DNA from: Ascidiella aspersa
Lineage: Eukaryota
Assembly (NCBI GenBank): GCA_963924565.1
Contig: OZ004613.1
Span: 9,610,001 to 9,674,000 of the forward strand
Direction: 5' to 3'
DNA: 64,000 nucleotides
In this document: in pieces, positions 1 to 13,900 of the stretch
Layout: every line of letters starts with the position of its first letter
Position numbering within the stretch: position 1 is the first letter of the stretch
Notes under the pieces: generated by a model
What the model was told of the DNA's origin: nothing
What the model saw: the letters and a program-made list of their open reading frames with translations, nothing else
Databases searched by the model: none
Made by a program: the position numbers and the translations under genes

Positions 1-1055
1 ACCACCTTATACTACCCCCCATCTTGGAAATTTTGGATAATATGGGATTAAAGCAGTGTAAAACTGAACAGCTTTAAAGGTAACTTTCATAATTTTCTTG
101 TTTATGAGAAGGGTTCTGTGTAGCACTGCATGCTTCACTTGAGTTTGTGCTGCTGAACTGATTTCATAACGGTTTATAAAATGAATGGTGGTGGCTTTGG
201 AAAAAATTCCAACTGTGATCCTAAACTTTTCAACTTCAGCCTACCCTCCCATACTGTTTCGTTTTTTAATATGTAATGCATGGTCAAAAAAAATGTTTTT
301 AACGTTTCTGTTCATTTAGGAAAACATCAGAAGTTATACACCCTCCATAGTGCAAGATATAGTAATAATTTACTTTAAGAAATTTGCATTCAAACTTAAA
401 AGTTGGTTCGCAAATTATTTAACTGAACTTGATGTGTTCAATATTGTATTGTGCTGTCTTTGTTGTGTTCACCTGATAACCGATTTGTTTATATAAATAC
501 CTGAGTTACAGTGCTAACTTTAATTAATTAAACATCTAATTATATTTGCATTCAGTTTTATACTCTTGTTTTGCACATAAACTTTAATAAATGATAAACA
601 TACTCACAGTAAACAACTGCACTATGTTAAATCAGTCAGCCATGTAAATAAAGTGTATAACAATTTTAAATTAAAAAAATGCTATATATTGTTTTTGTGC
701 TATCATATTGATAAAATTAACCTATACCAATAACCAGGACTGGAATATCAGACTAAATTATCGGTATGCGACATATCTCCAAATTAACATATGCTTATTT
801 GCACAAGGGTTGTCAGCTAAATTGATTTTTTTGACATTTCACTATTTTGTACTGTTTATTTTATGTTGGGATAGTATTTATGAAACAACTTCTGGTTACT
901 TTAATATTGTTAATTAGAGATGAAAAATCCAGCATCGGTTTGTATGTGATAACAGTCGATCTCTGTTGTTAATCTTCAATGTCCACTACTTAAAACTTGT
1001 ATTTCATTTATTCTTAATTTTACTATTACATTTCAGTTTTCTTTTTCCATTTCAG

Positions 1056-1219
1056 TTTATCTTTTACTGTGTTCGACATGTCGGGTCAGGGACGGTACCG
1101 AAACCTGTGGGAGCATTATTACAAGGAGACCCATGCTATAATTTTTGTGCTGGACAGCTCAGATGAACTTAGAATGGCTGTTGCAAAATCCGAACTAGAC
1201 CAGCTGCTTCAAAATACTA
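1056..1219 (+). CDS. ARL6: ADP-ribosylation factor-like 6 (BBS3), internal coding exon; earlier exons not found, probably upstream of the window
   Basis: ttcag| ... |gtaag. Translates [54 protein letters not shown], containing the ARL6-specific [16 protein letters not shown] switch II. Confidence 0.95.
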
Positions 1220-1621
1220 GTAAGAAGATGATGGTTTTGTAAAAATCTTAATCACATGTCCAGTACTAAACAAAATATTTGGTTTAGACTGTGATATGGT
1301 GGATTGATTGTAACTTTTGGAAAATACCTAAACATTAGTATACTATTAGTTCTTTTAAATTATTTGATTTAATTTTTCTCCTGGGTTTCCTATTATTTTC
1401 CTGCCAATATATCAATTTTTAGGGCAAAATTTTCTATGGCAGGTAATTATCTTAGGTATAGTTTATGATTAATACTGTTTTATGTAGCATTTCAACAGAC
1501 CCAGCTCATCACACAGATGACTAACAAACCAGATTTTTATGTGAAAGCAATTTTTATGAGATTTTTATGTGTTTTTATGTGGTTTCACTTTATGAATAAT
1601 TAATTTATATTATTGTTTTAG

Positions 1622-1751
1622 ATATTGCTGCAAAACGAATCCCAATACTGCTATTTGCAAACAAGATGGATATGACTGGATCAATATCGTCTGTCAAATG
1701 CACACAGATGTTGGGCCTTGACAGCTTAAGAGAAAAGCCCTGGTTTATTTG
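1622..1751 (+). CDS. ARL6: ARL6 internal coding exon
   Basis: tttag| ... |gtatgt, phase-compatible with both neighbours. Translates IAAKRIPILLFANKMDMTGSISSVKCTQMLGLDSLREKPWFI with G4 NKMD. Confidence 0.95.
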
Positions 1752-2691
1752 GTATGTGGTTAATTAGAAAATTGCCTGTTTTGTATATTGTAAACAATTA
1801 AGAAATGCCAAGTTCTAGTAATTTAAATTACAAAGTACCTAAATGTATTGTAGAAATGTGAGTAAAATTGTGCACTACGGCAAAAGTAATAAATCTGTTT
1901 TTACAATAAATTGTATTTTTTTAGTATCAAATTGCCCAACAATAAGCATGTGTTATAAGTAGCATCAGGTTAAATGTATAACATTTTTGAAGTCGAACAA
2001 GAGGGAATATAGTACAAAACTTAATAAGTAATGTCTAACTTCATTATATTTGTGTTTTTTATAGTTAATATTTCAGTCCTTTTCCACAAGTAGTTATTTA
2101 CTGTAATTAGGTTCTTAAAATGGGTAAACCAACAATGATGGCAAAACTTTTTTTTACAAAAAAAAATTTTGAACCTTGCCTAGTTTCTTCCTGAACATAT
2201 TAGGGCGTTTGGTTATCTCTAAAACAAACATTTAAATTTTTATTTGGTTCACGACTACAACAGAAATTAATATACCGTTAACCAACCAGAGACAATATTA
2301 GTTTATTTTGCCTCTGTAATAACTTTCGGTGTGCTTTATTTTACCTGATTAGTAATTTGCTAAATGTGTGGAATAAAATGTCCTCAAAATTTACAAATTT
2401 TGTTATGTGTTTTAATTCCGAAAGATTTACATTTGCAATTTTGCAGTGTTGTAATGACATAAAACTCCGTGTACTATTGCAATGCTCTCATTCTCATAAT
2501 GACTTGACTGAGACTTGTTATTTATTCAAACAGACTTGACTAGGACTTGCGTCATCATTTCAAAATGACAAACATTTGAAATGTATGTATGTTTAATATG
2601 CATTCAACTTAAGTTCAGTGTTGCATTGAAAACAACTTCTTTCTATTTCATTTCCAAAAACAATAAGACGGACAATTTTTTCTTTACGCAG

Positions 2692-2770
2692 CTCTAGCAA
2701 TGCTATGACAGGCGAAGGATTGGAAGAAGGAATTAAATGGCTTTCTGAACAGCTTGAGACCGTTAGATAG
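2692..2770 (+). CDS. ARL6: ARL6 last coding exon
   Basis: tctttacgcag|, then (C)SSNAMTGEGLEEGIKWLSEQLETVR*, matching the Arf-family G5 and GEGLxEGxxWL C-terminus. Stop TAG at 2768-2770. Confidence 0.93.
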
Positions 2771-4853
2771 AGTCTCATCTCAAGAGTCTACGAATGTTGA
2801 ACGTTTGTTTACCACCGCAGCGCCGCATATGCACGGCGATCGTTTTTCAATTATTTATGTGCACGGCAATTTTTATGTTCGGCACTTCTTCCCGTCGGGA
2901 CGCCTGTTAGGCCAGTTTACGTTGCCACAAGCTTACCAGTATCTGTCAGACTTTTATGCTTTTTTTAAACCCTTTTACGTTGCATTTGGCCGCTTAGAAT
3001 TTGGATGGGTCACTTTTTAATCCGTGGGAACACTTTGGCTGGTTTTAATTTTTTTATTTGACCGGCCGAAATCACATTTTTTGAAAAGGGTATTAAGGGT
3101 ATAGGGATATTATTATAATAAATTTAGAGCAAGCACTCCAAAACGTAACTATCCCATAAACTGTTAAGTTACCAACTTTTCAGATTTTGCTATTTTGCTT
3201 CAGAAAAGTGATTTTCAGTTAAAGTTGTCTGCTTCTTTAAATAAAAACCCAAAGTAAGGTGGTGCGCCTTTCAATTTGATCCAAGTATTGTTTTGCCAAA
3301 GACAAAGCTGGACGCAGAGATAACGAACGGTTTAAACGTAAAAAAATCCCATTGATAAACCACTTACTTGAGTCAAATTGCTGTTTCTACTACTTTTGTT
3401 TCTTATGTCAGTTTAATGCTGGTTGAGACATTTTTAGAAGGGCGCACTTTTTTATCTTCAGTCTAAAACGCCCTGGTTGTCATAAGCGACGGCTGGTATA
3501 CTGCGGTTAATGTTGTTTTAAATTTCAATTTCAAGGACCGCTTAAGCACGCGTGGCCAAACACGCCCAGTCACGCCTTTAAGTCCTTACCCTTGAAACGG
3601 AAAGTAAGCTGGTAACGAGAGGTCATGCTGCGCCTACCAATACTTTCTCCGGTGTATAGGAAACACGTCAATCTACTCTAGTTCGAATTTTTGTGTTGTG
3701 TGCACTATTACAGTTTCACTTTAAAATCTGTTATATCAAATGTTTTGCATTAACGACAACGTATTATCTTGTCCACGTCGAAAAGCGTTTGTTCGTTTTA
3801 TATACGTTGAAATATCCAGTATTTAAATATTTCCGACGAAGTAAGCTTCTTGGTTTATTTTAGCAAGTATTTACCTTTGCCTGGTTTTGGGGAACACGCT
3901 ATACAGCTGTTGTCTAAAGTTTTTTCGTTGTGTTGCTTTTACGCGTTTGCAATTGGATTCTTACTGTTTTATTGTGCGTCTGATGTATTTTTGGGAAAGC
4001 AAATGAAGATATACAATTATACACATTACACGTTCAGTATGTTTATTACAGCGTTGGGTTCTAACTTGGCTGTATAACCTTATGTCAAGTGTTGTAGTTT
4101 TTATGTCTATCTATGCGTAATGTAATCGTTTTGACGCTCGCCGCTTAAAATAGGCTTAAACAGCTACGGTTTCCCAAATACTTTTGATTCCAAGACCCTT
4201 CCGTTTCTATAAACTATTTTAGATCACAACCAATTCGCCATTCTCTTCTTGGTTTTCAGTAAACATGATTTGCCGTTGGATGGCGTCGTTGTGGCCAACC
4301 TTCTTTTTTCTTTCCAAACTTATAAATAAGTTTTATCGTTGGGTGGCGCTATTGCGTCGTGTTTTTACCACAATCGTAGTAAGACATTACCGAAATTGTT
4401 ACGATCTTTAACTAGCCGTTTAATGGGCCGTTCGGCGTTTTTACGGTTCTCTCAAATAGGAAACACTAATCCCTCGGTTTTTCTGTTTTACTAGTGCAAT
4501 TAAAGCGTGTGAATATTTCGAACGGGTTTAAATTAGTCGGTGGAAAGTTTTTTTTTCAATTAAAACAAAACTATATAAAAAAACAGCGATTGTTGCCAGT
4601 TTTATTGCTTTTTATTACCACGGTATTTTTTGTTGCTTTCAAATGTATATTTTTATATTAAAGTGTTGTCATATAACAGTATCTTATATTTCGAAATCGC
4701 AACTTTTCGACGCGGTGCTAAGTATTGCTTTTAGGTAGTTAAAAAAAGTCATATTAGCGCAAAAAAACGATTTGCCAAATGCTCCATATCCCTTGCATGA
4801 CTGATCGTTATACAGGCGGTGTATGTGTGTGCAATAACACTGTGACCTCGACA

Positions 4854-4859
4854 AATAAA
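4854..4859 (+). terminator. Candidate ARL6 polyadenylation signal
   Basis: AATAAA followed about 15-40 nt later by a strongly GT/T-rich tract, at the end of a T-rich 3'UTR-like stretch. Confidence 0.35.
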
Positions 4860-7634
4860 CGGAAATAACCAGTTGTTTTACATTTTGTGTTGTTTTTTGT
4901 TGCAAGAGTTACGACATCAAGTATATGAAGAAACTTAGTTACGTTATACAGTGAGAAAATTTTAGTAGTAGTTACTTCAGACTTTAAAAAAAACCTTGGT
5001 GAAGTTGGATTTAAAACGATAGGTCCCTGTAGGCAAATTGCACAACGACAACAAAAATAAATACTACGTACATAAATTAGTAAACCGAAACCAATTTTGT
5101 TTGGATGGCATATGATAAATATATTTCGCTACCATTATAAGAAACAACAGTCAGTATCTTATTGAATTAGAATGATTCTAATTTAATCTTTATCATTGAC
5201 GTGCAACCAGAATCGTTTGTTTTTCACCATTCAGATTCAGGCAGATTCTGTTATTCGAAAGAAAATTCCGACAACAAAAATAGAACAAAGTACATCTAGT
5301 TTTGAACTAACAGTGAATGCTTACACACCTAGTTTTGGGTTGACAACAGTGATTCCATAACGTAGCATACTGCTAAAAAGCCTGGAAAAGCTTACAACTA
5401 TACGCTTAACAACGTGTAACACTTGAAGAAAGTGATAAAAAACGTTAAAAACACCCGTGCAAATTACGAACGCAAAAACACTTAAATTATAGGTAGTTGT
5501 TAATACAACGTGAGGCGTTGGAAAAAAACACACTGGAAAATTTCATCGATACTTAAAAATCACACAGCTGGGCAGAAATCTGGTGGCAGTGAAAAATAGA
5601 GACATAAAAGAGGAATTTGCACTCTGGACAACATTGGCAATAAAAATAGAGGTAAAATATTCAGAATAAAACAAATACGTGAGCAGGCAAGACTTTCAAT
5701 TTTTTTTTTGTAAACCACGTGAATATAAGAAAATAGCACGATTAGGAATGCAAAGTAAAAAGGTAATTTCTGGTAATAAACAAAGATGTTAACTTGATAA
5801 TTCACCATGCATTCAACGAAGTAAATCGACGAGCTAAAAGAGCAACAGCAAACGCAAAAACAGCATAGGCTGGCAAAGACAATCTGTTGTTTTTCGTGGT
5901 TAATGCAGTTTTGAAGGTATTAAAATAAAAAAGTTCAGTACGTATACGACTTACAAAGATGCATACAACATAAAGAGTACGTTTGTCGGGCTTTAAGGGT
6001 GTAATTTAAAAGTAAACAAACCGGCCTATGACCGAAGTTCCATTGTTCGATTTCAACTACGCACTTCCGGTGACATAATCATGGTGAAATATAGTTTAAA
6101 TTCGGCCTCATTGTCATCTCACGAGTTCAAAATACAGGCTTTTGTTTATCTCGCTCGGCTGTTGTTATACAATTTAGTAGTTGTTGAAATAAAAACTGAA
6201 ATGTGATAGAAACACGTGGCCACAATATGCCGTAATTTCTTTAAAAACACTGCAATGGCTTACACAACACTTTACGACACAAGCGTTTATCGACTTTAAC
6301 ACACCAGTGGCACAGTCTATTTTAGTGATTCTCACCCAGTGGGTTATTATTCCCCCAAAAGGTAATTTGGCAGTTTTAAAGGGGTTATTTCGACATTAAC
6401 TTTCGATGGTATATTAGACCTCTGAAAAGCAAAAAAGTGTAATCCAATTGTTGTGTTTGAATTGTAATATTGTTCGAATGGAAATTGCACGGCCAGTGTG
6501 GTCGCGTGAATTAAAACATAGTTGGTTAGTATTTCGATAAAGTTTGATAGCGATTGTACTAGTTCAAAGTCCGTAACTCATACGGGGCTCTGCTAACGTA
6601 TTTTCTTTAAAACAGTCACGCTCACCAAAACAAACATTTGATTAGCAAGAATTGGTGGCGGGGTCACTGGTAAGTACTTCACTTCACAAAATCTAGCTAT
6701 ACCAACGTGGTGACGCCTGCAACTTTTAATTTAAACCAGTGACTTAGTTTGGCGGATGTATCAGGTCTGTGATGTTACAGTGATACCCTTTTTAAGATGA
6801 TTTTAGTGGTTACGTTTTTTTTTAAGTATTAGAGCCAATTGTGGAATCATTGATTCGACAGTTTGCAAGACTTAAAATATATTTTAAGGACGTAAAACGC
6901 TGTTCGATTTACTGTAAACGTATTCCGCAAGTCCCAACGTTTTGGTAATTACTGCATATGGACGTTTAGCAACTCCGTATTCAACTATATGTACTATATA
7001 TAAAATATCCACAAAAAAGGGAGCATTGTAGTTGCTAAAATAGCCAACGTGACGAACTGATGTTATTACGCGCGTTTAGCTCGAAATGCAGCGTTGGCAA
7101 AATACGCCGAATGACGCGCATTGGCAATCGTTTGCAGGGCAGCAAACCAAATGTGCTATAGTTCAGAGAAATTTAAACGTTTTTCACAAGACGTCAATGC
7201 AGGCCATGTCATCACGTGGAACTAACATGCGCGTGCATGTAATTGAAAACGACACGCGAAAACGATTACGTTGCGATAAGGTTCGATTTCACAAGTTTGT
7301 GTGACGTTTAACTCCAAGAAAACGCTGTTAAACGCAAAAAAACTGTACCTAAAGCGTTAACTAACCCTGCTAAAATATGGGAAATCCATCCGTACTTGAG
7401 CTTTAGTAAAGAAATGATCTAAATGGCCACGGAAATATTGAACGTAAACGCTCCACAGAAGCGGCAGAAAAAATAAACCAAAGTACGAAAAAAAAAAACA
7501 ATTTCCACTTTGATGTCACTTTTCAAAAAAGAAATAAATCAAGAAATAAATAACCTCTCGGGAAAAAATGGTCACAATCCGAAAAAAGGTTACCATTAAT
7601 TACCACAGCTTCCGACATCGCCAGGTTACAAAGG

Positions 7635-7764
7635 TTAGTAGCAGCACCCCTTCTTTCTCGAAAAATCGTCTTCGTCGCACTCCAGTGGCGGCGCCTGTGG
7701 CACCAGGCCGCACTTGATCCCCTCCCACCCGTCGTCGGGCCGCAGCTCGCCCGATTTCACCAAC
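7635..7764 (-). CDS. RAB39: Rab39 small GTPase, coding exon 5 (last)
   Basis: ccacag| acceptor. Translates LVKSGELRPDDGWEGIKCGLVPQAPPLECDEDDFSRKKGCCY*, with the Rab39-typical GWEGxKxG motif and a CC prenylation site. Confidence 0.93.
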
Positions 7765-7968
7765 CTGTGGTGAAGAGAATTCGGTAAAATGAGGGAGGCT
7801 GTGGCTATACGTAGTAGTGGTGTTACACAGAATGTTTTATTCGTTTTTGTATTTAGTTATTTCCACCATTGAGTTTTCACTTGCTTCCTAACCTATCTTA
7901 ACTCTGGCGCCGCATTACATTTCATCTTTTCACGTTTTACACTGACACCTTTTTATCATTGGTTAGAC

Positions 7969-8757
7969 CAGTGGTTCTCAATCGGGGTGCAGTAGCACCG
8001 ATGGATATTTCAGATTTTTTAAGAATCTAATTTTTGCCCAACTTTTTGTGTAAGATTAGAGCGAAATAAATCCAAATACAACTTCCTACACTATGTAGAG
8101 TTGATGTGGGGTGTTCCTTCCGTTCATTGTGACATTATAGTGCAGGGATGGCGAACCACCGACTGTTTAAATCAGGGCTGCCTAATCTGTGGGTCGTGCA
8201 AAGTGTTTTAAGGGTGATGAGTAGGCCTACATTAACTGCACGTCAACAAATGCGTGCAGAAACGCAAACAACTAAAGCATTTTCACTGTAAAACGTAAAG
8301 GGTGGCGATCCTTTAAAAAAATTAAGAGCTCGCAGACTAAAAATTCTGAAAAACTTGGATAAACCATGCTGAAAAGCTTTCTGCTGAACTCCTGCAATCC
8401 CATAAAAATACTGAAGCATTTTGTTAATTTTTTTTTGTTAAGTTAGGTTCTTATTATTATTATTCGTAGGAATCCGAATTCGGAAATCGTCCAAAAACCT
8501 TAAATTACTCTAGCCCAGGCAATAATAACACTTAAAACGACGCATCAGCAAAGTTTCGCGTAAAATTAGCATATAGTTAAACATATGGCGCACTTGTTCA
8601 TTTTGTAAGAATTAAAGTCGTGCTTGGGACCCGCGCGATAAAAAGGTTCGCCAACCCTGTTATAGTGAATAACCTACGGAAAATTGTAGTAGGGGTGCCG
8701 CAATCTATTAATTATTTCTGAGGGGTGCCGCTAGCCACAAAAGGTTGAGAACCACTG
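7969..8757. mobile_element. hAT-type MITE (outer element of a nest)
   Basis: TIR cagtggttctcaa / ttgagaaccactg; 8-bp TSD ggttagac / ggttagtc. Confidence 0.85.
8143..8659. mobile_element. hAT-type MITE nested in 7969-8757
   Basis: TIR cagggatggcgaacc / ggttcgccaaccctg (14/15); perfect 8-bp TSD ttatagtg. Confidence 0.9.
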
Positions 8758-10473
8758 GGTTAGTCTGTTGGTGAAAACTGTGAGGATGAAGCAGTCTGGT
8801 TGGCCAAGGCTGGGATTACCACCTGTTAAAGATCGTCTTAGTTTACGCCCGATTTTAGTCGCTGGACGATTTATATCACGCCCTTTTATTGTTTTGTTTT
8901 ATATGTAAGTTCGCCAGTATCGTCCTATACTAAAACACCGATACACGTCTCGTTTAGTGCTCAGGCATCCGACAGGCGCAACAGTGGTGCTGCTCAGCCT
9001 TTCGGCCGATTTATTTTTTGAGTTTTTGAAAGACCGAAACGGCCTTTGTTTCTGCAAATGTTATTTTTTTTATTTTCTTTGGGTTGTTATTGTCAATTTG
9101 TCATCGACAGAAAATTACAAGGTTGTAACACAAGTTCATGAACAAACAATTGAAAGACATTCAAAAACTTGAATTTATAGCATTTCAAAGACCTAAAACT
9201 TGATGTAATTTTTTTTTAATAATTTGAATACAAAACAGTATAAATGCCACAGCCATCAAAATTAATAAATATTTTAAGGACACTTTACATCAAAAAAATT
9301 CGAAGACTTATTAACGACTTTTTGGCAACCATAAACTGACAGTTGATCATGACTGTAGAAACTATTAAATATTTCATATATATATTTGGCTTTGGGCGAA
9401 TCAAACTGCCTTTTAATATTTATTACCAGTATTTTTTTATATTTTAAAATAAAATAATGTATTCCGTCAAGCCAAGAGGCAACTACGGTTATTTTCTTAT
9501 GTTTTTTTTACGATTGGTGTGTGTTTGTCCATTTATATTTAAAGGTGTTTAATTTTAAAATGTGTTAGAAATTAGGAAACAAATAAATCTCGTAGTTCGC
9601 AAGAGTTTACGAGAATAACTTTTTCCGATTTTCCATAGAGGATAACTTTTAATTATAGTTAACTCCAGATCCGTTTTGCAAGTACTCCACTGTATTTTTT
9701 TCAAATATAGTCCATACACCGTCACAGTATAGCAGGAACTGGACTTTTGGTGATCATGCTATATTTATACAAATAAATACGCTGTGATTGACTATAGCCT
9801 GACAATGGTCAGTTCGATGACAAAACAGCTCTACATAAAGCGTCACAATGGAGATCCGGTGTGTGATGTCACAATGGACACCAGACATTAACGAGAATTT
9901 GACATTATAATCCAGTATACAAAAGTTCCATGACGTCTCTGCTGGTTAAGGGTTCTTCAATGTGATGGAACGTTTGCTTATAGCCTTGCAACACTAATTC
10001 GCCATGATATATGTATTCTTAAAAAGTATTTATCTTTATCGATTCTGTGATCTGTTTTGTAAATTAAACCCTTAATTGCTTGTCATAGTAATTTTAGGTC
10101 AAGCGCAATTGGAACAATTGCAAATTATTGAATCAAATAGTTTATTGGGTATTAATTTTAGGTAATTTTTGTATTGTGTTTTCAAAAATTCTCCAGTTGG
10201 TTTTAACAACGCTTAAAAACTATTATTTTATTTTTAACTTTTTTTTGCTTTCTTGAGAGTTTACACTTAGTATTAGTTTCGTTTGCTGAGCTGAGACAAT
10301 TTTCGCAGGGCGTATGCGTATGCTGACTTGATGACTAAACAAAGTCTTTCGCAGACTCAGACCATACAAAGCTAATTACGCAAAGGATTACGTCACATCT
10401 GCAAGACAGGCAATTCAGATTCCAATAAGTTGAATGGTCCAACTGCGGGATAATCACATGCCAGACTATGCAT

Positions 10474-10953
10474 CAGTGTTGTAAACAAGTCATTTTGAAA
10501 TGACTTAAGTCCCAGTCAAGTCATTCGTAAAATGACTTGAGTCCAAGTCATGTCTTTTTGAATAAATATTAAGTCAAGTCCCAGTCAAGTCATAGTTAGA
10601 GCAAGTCAACTTCAAGTCAAGACCTTGTCACAAAAATAAAACTTTAAATTATGAAAACTGGCAAATTCCTCTGATTATGAGAACTAACTAAAGTACAAAA
10701 ATAACATAAGCATATAGAAAGCAAATTGTGTTATGTGCAAAGATTAGAGTAAATAACGCAATATGATTAGCAATTGCTTAATGAAAATAATTTATTTTAA
10801 CCAAAGTCATTTTTCCAAATGACTTAAGTAAAATCATTTGTCCAAATGACTTAAGTCAAGTCAAGTGATTTTGCCCAAAACACTTAAGTCAATTCAAGTC
10901 ATTTGAAGACAGTGACTTATGTCAAGTCCTTGACTTAAGTCAATACAACACTG
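10474..10953. mobile_element. MITE with many internal AAGTC/GACTT subrepeats
   Basis: TIR cagtgttgta / tacaacactg. Full-length homolog at 58651-59181; fragments near 2444-2570, 17790-18020, 36350-36480 and 51900-52172. Confidence 0.85.
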
Positions 10954-13900
10954 CTATTTCGCAATCCGAACCGAACTTCAAGCAACGCTTTGATCGCTTG
11001 GAGTGATACTATATAGTTCAGGTTGTCCCAGGGCTGTTATCTTTGCGGACACAAAAATATTTGCGTATTATTCTCCGGCCACATACAGTATAGGCTACAC
11101 TAAAACGTTGGTTTGATTGATTTGTTGAACCTGAAAGTTTTTAAACCATAACAAAACAATTTAAATACGTTTACCATTTTCGAATCATTTATGTTTTGAA
11201 TAACCATCAGTTTAATTGGACGCAAAAAGAACTAACTTTAGAAATCTTGGAATTAAATCAGTGCCCGCAACCTTTTTCACTTGTGTGCTAACAGAATTAA
11301 AAAACTAACAGACTCCAAAATATGTATGTCGATCAACCATAGGCACGAGCAACTATCCAAGGTAGCGGAGAGAAAAAGAGCGTTTTATGGTTAAATAAGA
11401 CGAAGGTGCGAAATTCGTGAGGTAATAGGGGGCCCTTTAAATAGCACTTTTAATTAAATAGCGCGAAACCTGACAATTGTTTTCATAGCGGGGAATGCAG
11501 GCAAGATTACGTTGTTTAGAGTAGACAATGCATACTGAGGCGACAATAATATAGACATACTGACAACAAATTAGCAATGGTATTTAACAAGTTTGGAGTG
11601 TATTGGTAATAATTTCCCTTTGCGCTCTGGTGTAAAGTTTGAAGATCGTGGTGGATATTTTTATGACGCTAATCGAGAAAATTGATATATTACTATCGGG
11701 GATGGGCTTGGTCTCCTGGTTTGCTGGTATAGTTTATGGCTTGATCACTCTGGAAGCGGCATCAGCGTTTCCTTTCATTCGTTATTTTCACTAAATGGGT
11801 TTATCGGTCACGTTTGTCGCCACAGTAGGGCAAAGAAATCTGACTTTAAAGTGACATTATGTTGGCCAGCAGCTGTCCTGTACAGCCATATGTGCGACAC
11901 AGTCTGTTTCCCTGTCCGCCTGACCTGTCATTTAATCTTCGTGTTTGTCTGTAATTTTTGCGTATTTCCTGCTGTCATAATAATAATACAGCCTAGATTT
12001 GACCAGCTACGTCATTATATGTTTCTCGCTGGACGTTGTATAATTCTATGGTTTTTCTGAACAGTGTACAGACAATATATCGAACAACTTCGCAAAAGAA
12101 TAAAATAGGAGTTATTTACAAAACAAAAATTAGATCTTGCTATAGTCATGCGTGGATAAAAGACACCCCCGTGGCCTATTATACGCTTCCGCCAACAAAC
12201 CTAAAAAATATAGTCACCGTAGGAGTTGGATCTTTTTTTTTGCAGACTCCGCTTAGCCTATCGAGACAAACATGTCCCAATAGCGAACAGACTGGAAATC
12301 AAAACATGACGAATAAAACATAAAAGCTAAAAAAGGAAGTATTATGTTTTGACCAATTGAGCTTGTGCTAGATATGGAAGAAAATGGAAGGTCGTTCGTG
12401 GATTTTCGTTTTCCTATGCGTCTGTTGTTGGTCACTTTTGTCGCCTTTGCCTAACTGTTCAATCCAGCCATATGTACAACGCAGCCCCGTATCCTTGTCC
12501 GCCCTTTTCGACTTTGTTTTTCCGCTAACTTAATTTTTTTCTTGTTAAGTTTGAGAGTCCAGCCGAAAACGTAAGAAAATAGATTTGGCCAAAAAAACAA
12601 AACATTTACCATGATGCAATAACAAACTAAGCTGATTTTTGCAAAACTGCGTGGGTTCAACCTGAAATAGAATCGAGTACTTTGAGAGTCAACTTTTAAC
12701 TTAATTTAAATCGTTTCACTGCGGCTAGGCACATCAACCTATGCCTTGAAAAGTGAACTTATACCGATGATCATAAACAGGCGGCTTAAAATTATTGAAC
12801 TCTGTGGTAGGTTTAATGAAAGATACACTTCAAAAACTGTGATCTAACCCTTCCTAACTGCTTTTTGACGAACGATTACGGCTTACGTATCAATCGAGAG
12901 CCATCGCAGAATCACCGAATCTGTCGATGAACGTTGCAAGCATGGAAAGTTTCAATGGAAAGTTCTGAAAATTTGGCCAACACAACACAGAGTCTTGGTA
13001 AAGTCGAAACAGGAGGATATTTGGAAGCCTAAAGGGCGTGGCAAGGGTGTGGCATAACCTGGAAACGACGTCACGGCGTCCTATAGCTACATTTCGTTCC
13101 CTATTTTAGGTCACGTTTGTCGGCTTCCAACCGCCAGTCATTGTGTCCAGTTTTTACGTTGCGCGCCTCCGAGACAAGCCGTTTCCCTTAAACCTCTCGT
13201 TAAATGTTGTGACGCGCTCTCAAGGCTTCCTTCCCGGTAAATGTTTACGCGATTGTCCCCAATGCTTGTTTTTGTTTTACGTTTAGCTTTGATTTCACCT
13301 CGATATTCGCGGAATGGGATTAACGCGGAAGGCAGAAACTATAATTATACGCGCGGTTTTTTAGACGTTAAAGAAAACCGAGCCCAGATGGCACAACGTT
13401 GAAAATCGTCGGAGCAGTGGAGCACTGATGAACGTTTCGCCAAATCGTTAAACCGTTTATCCCTTAAACCAGTGTTTCGTTGCGGCAAATCGAAATGCTT
13501 AGCGTAAGAAATTTGTTACTAACTGAAAATAAGAGAACGTGAAGACAAATAGCATAAATAAAAAGAATTTAATTAATATAACTGAAGACGTAAATTTTGA
13601 TTATTTTTTGAGCATATTTGCTCAGAACAAATTAAAAAAATTAATTTCTGCAGTCGGTGACCTAAACTAAACTAAACAACGACCAAATTAGGGTCGCGAC
13701 CCATTGGTTGAAAACACTAATAAATTATCTTCAAATTAGTCTTTAGCCTTCTTTTAGTCAATAAAACATCTTCATTTTTTTTTTTTTTTTTAAATAAAAT
13801 ATCTTCATATTAGTCTAATTATGCAAACATTTAGTTATCATTTTTTATGTAAAAAATGTGAGCTCGTTACACAGCGGTTTTTATTTTTAAACGTAAAGTG

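Noticed and set aside
6491-6720. tRNA or tRNA-derived SINE heads here and near 42320, 58545 (-) and 39560 (-)
   Set aside because: Only loose A/B-box resemblance, no cloverleaf and no shared body that I could confirm.
10474-10953. CRISPR-like array from recurring AAGTC repeats
   Set aside because: Irregular spacing, flanking TIRs and a eukaryotic context indicate MITE subrepeats.
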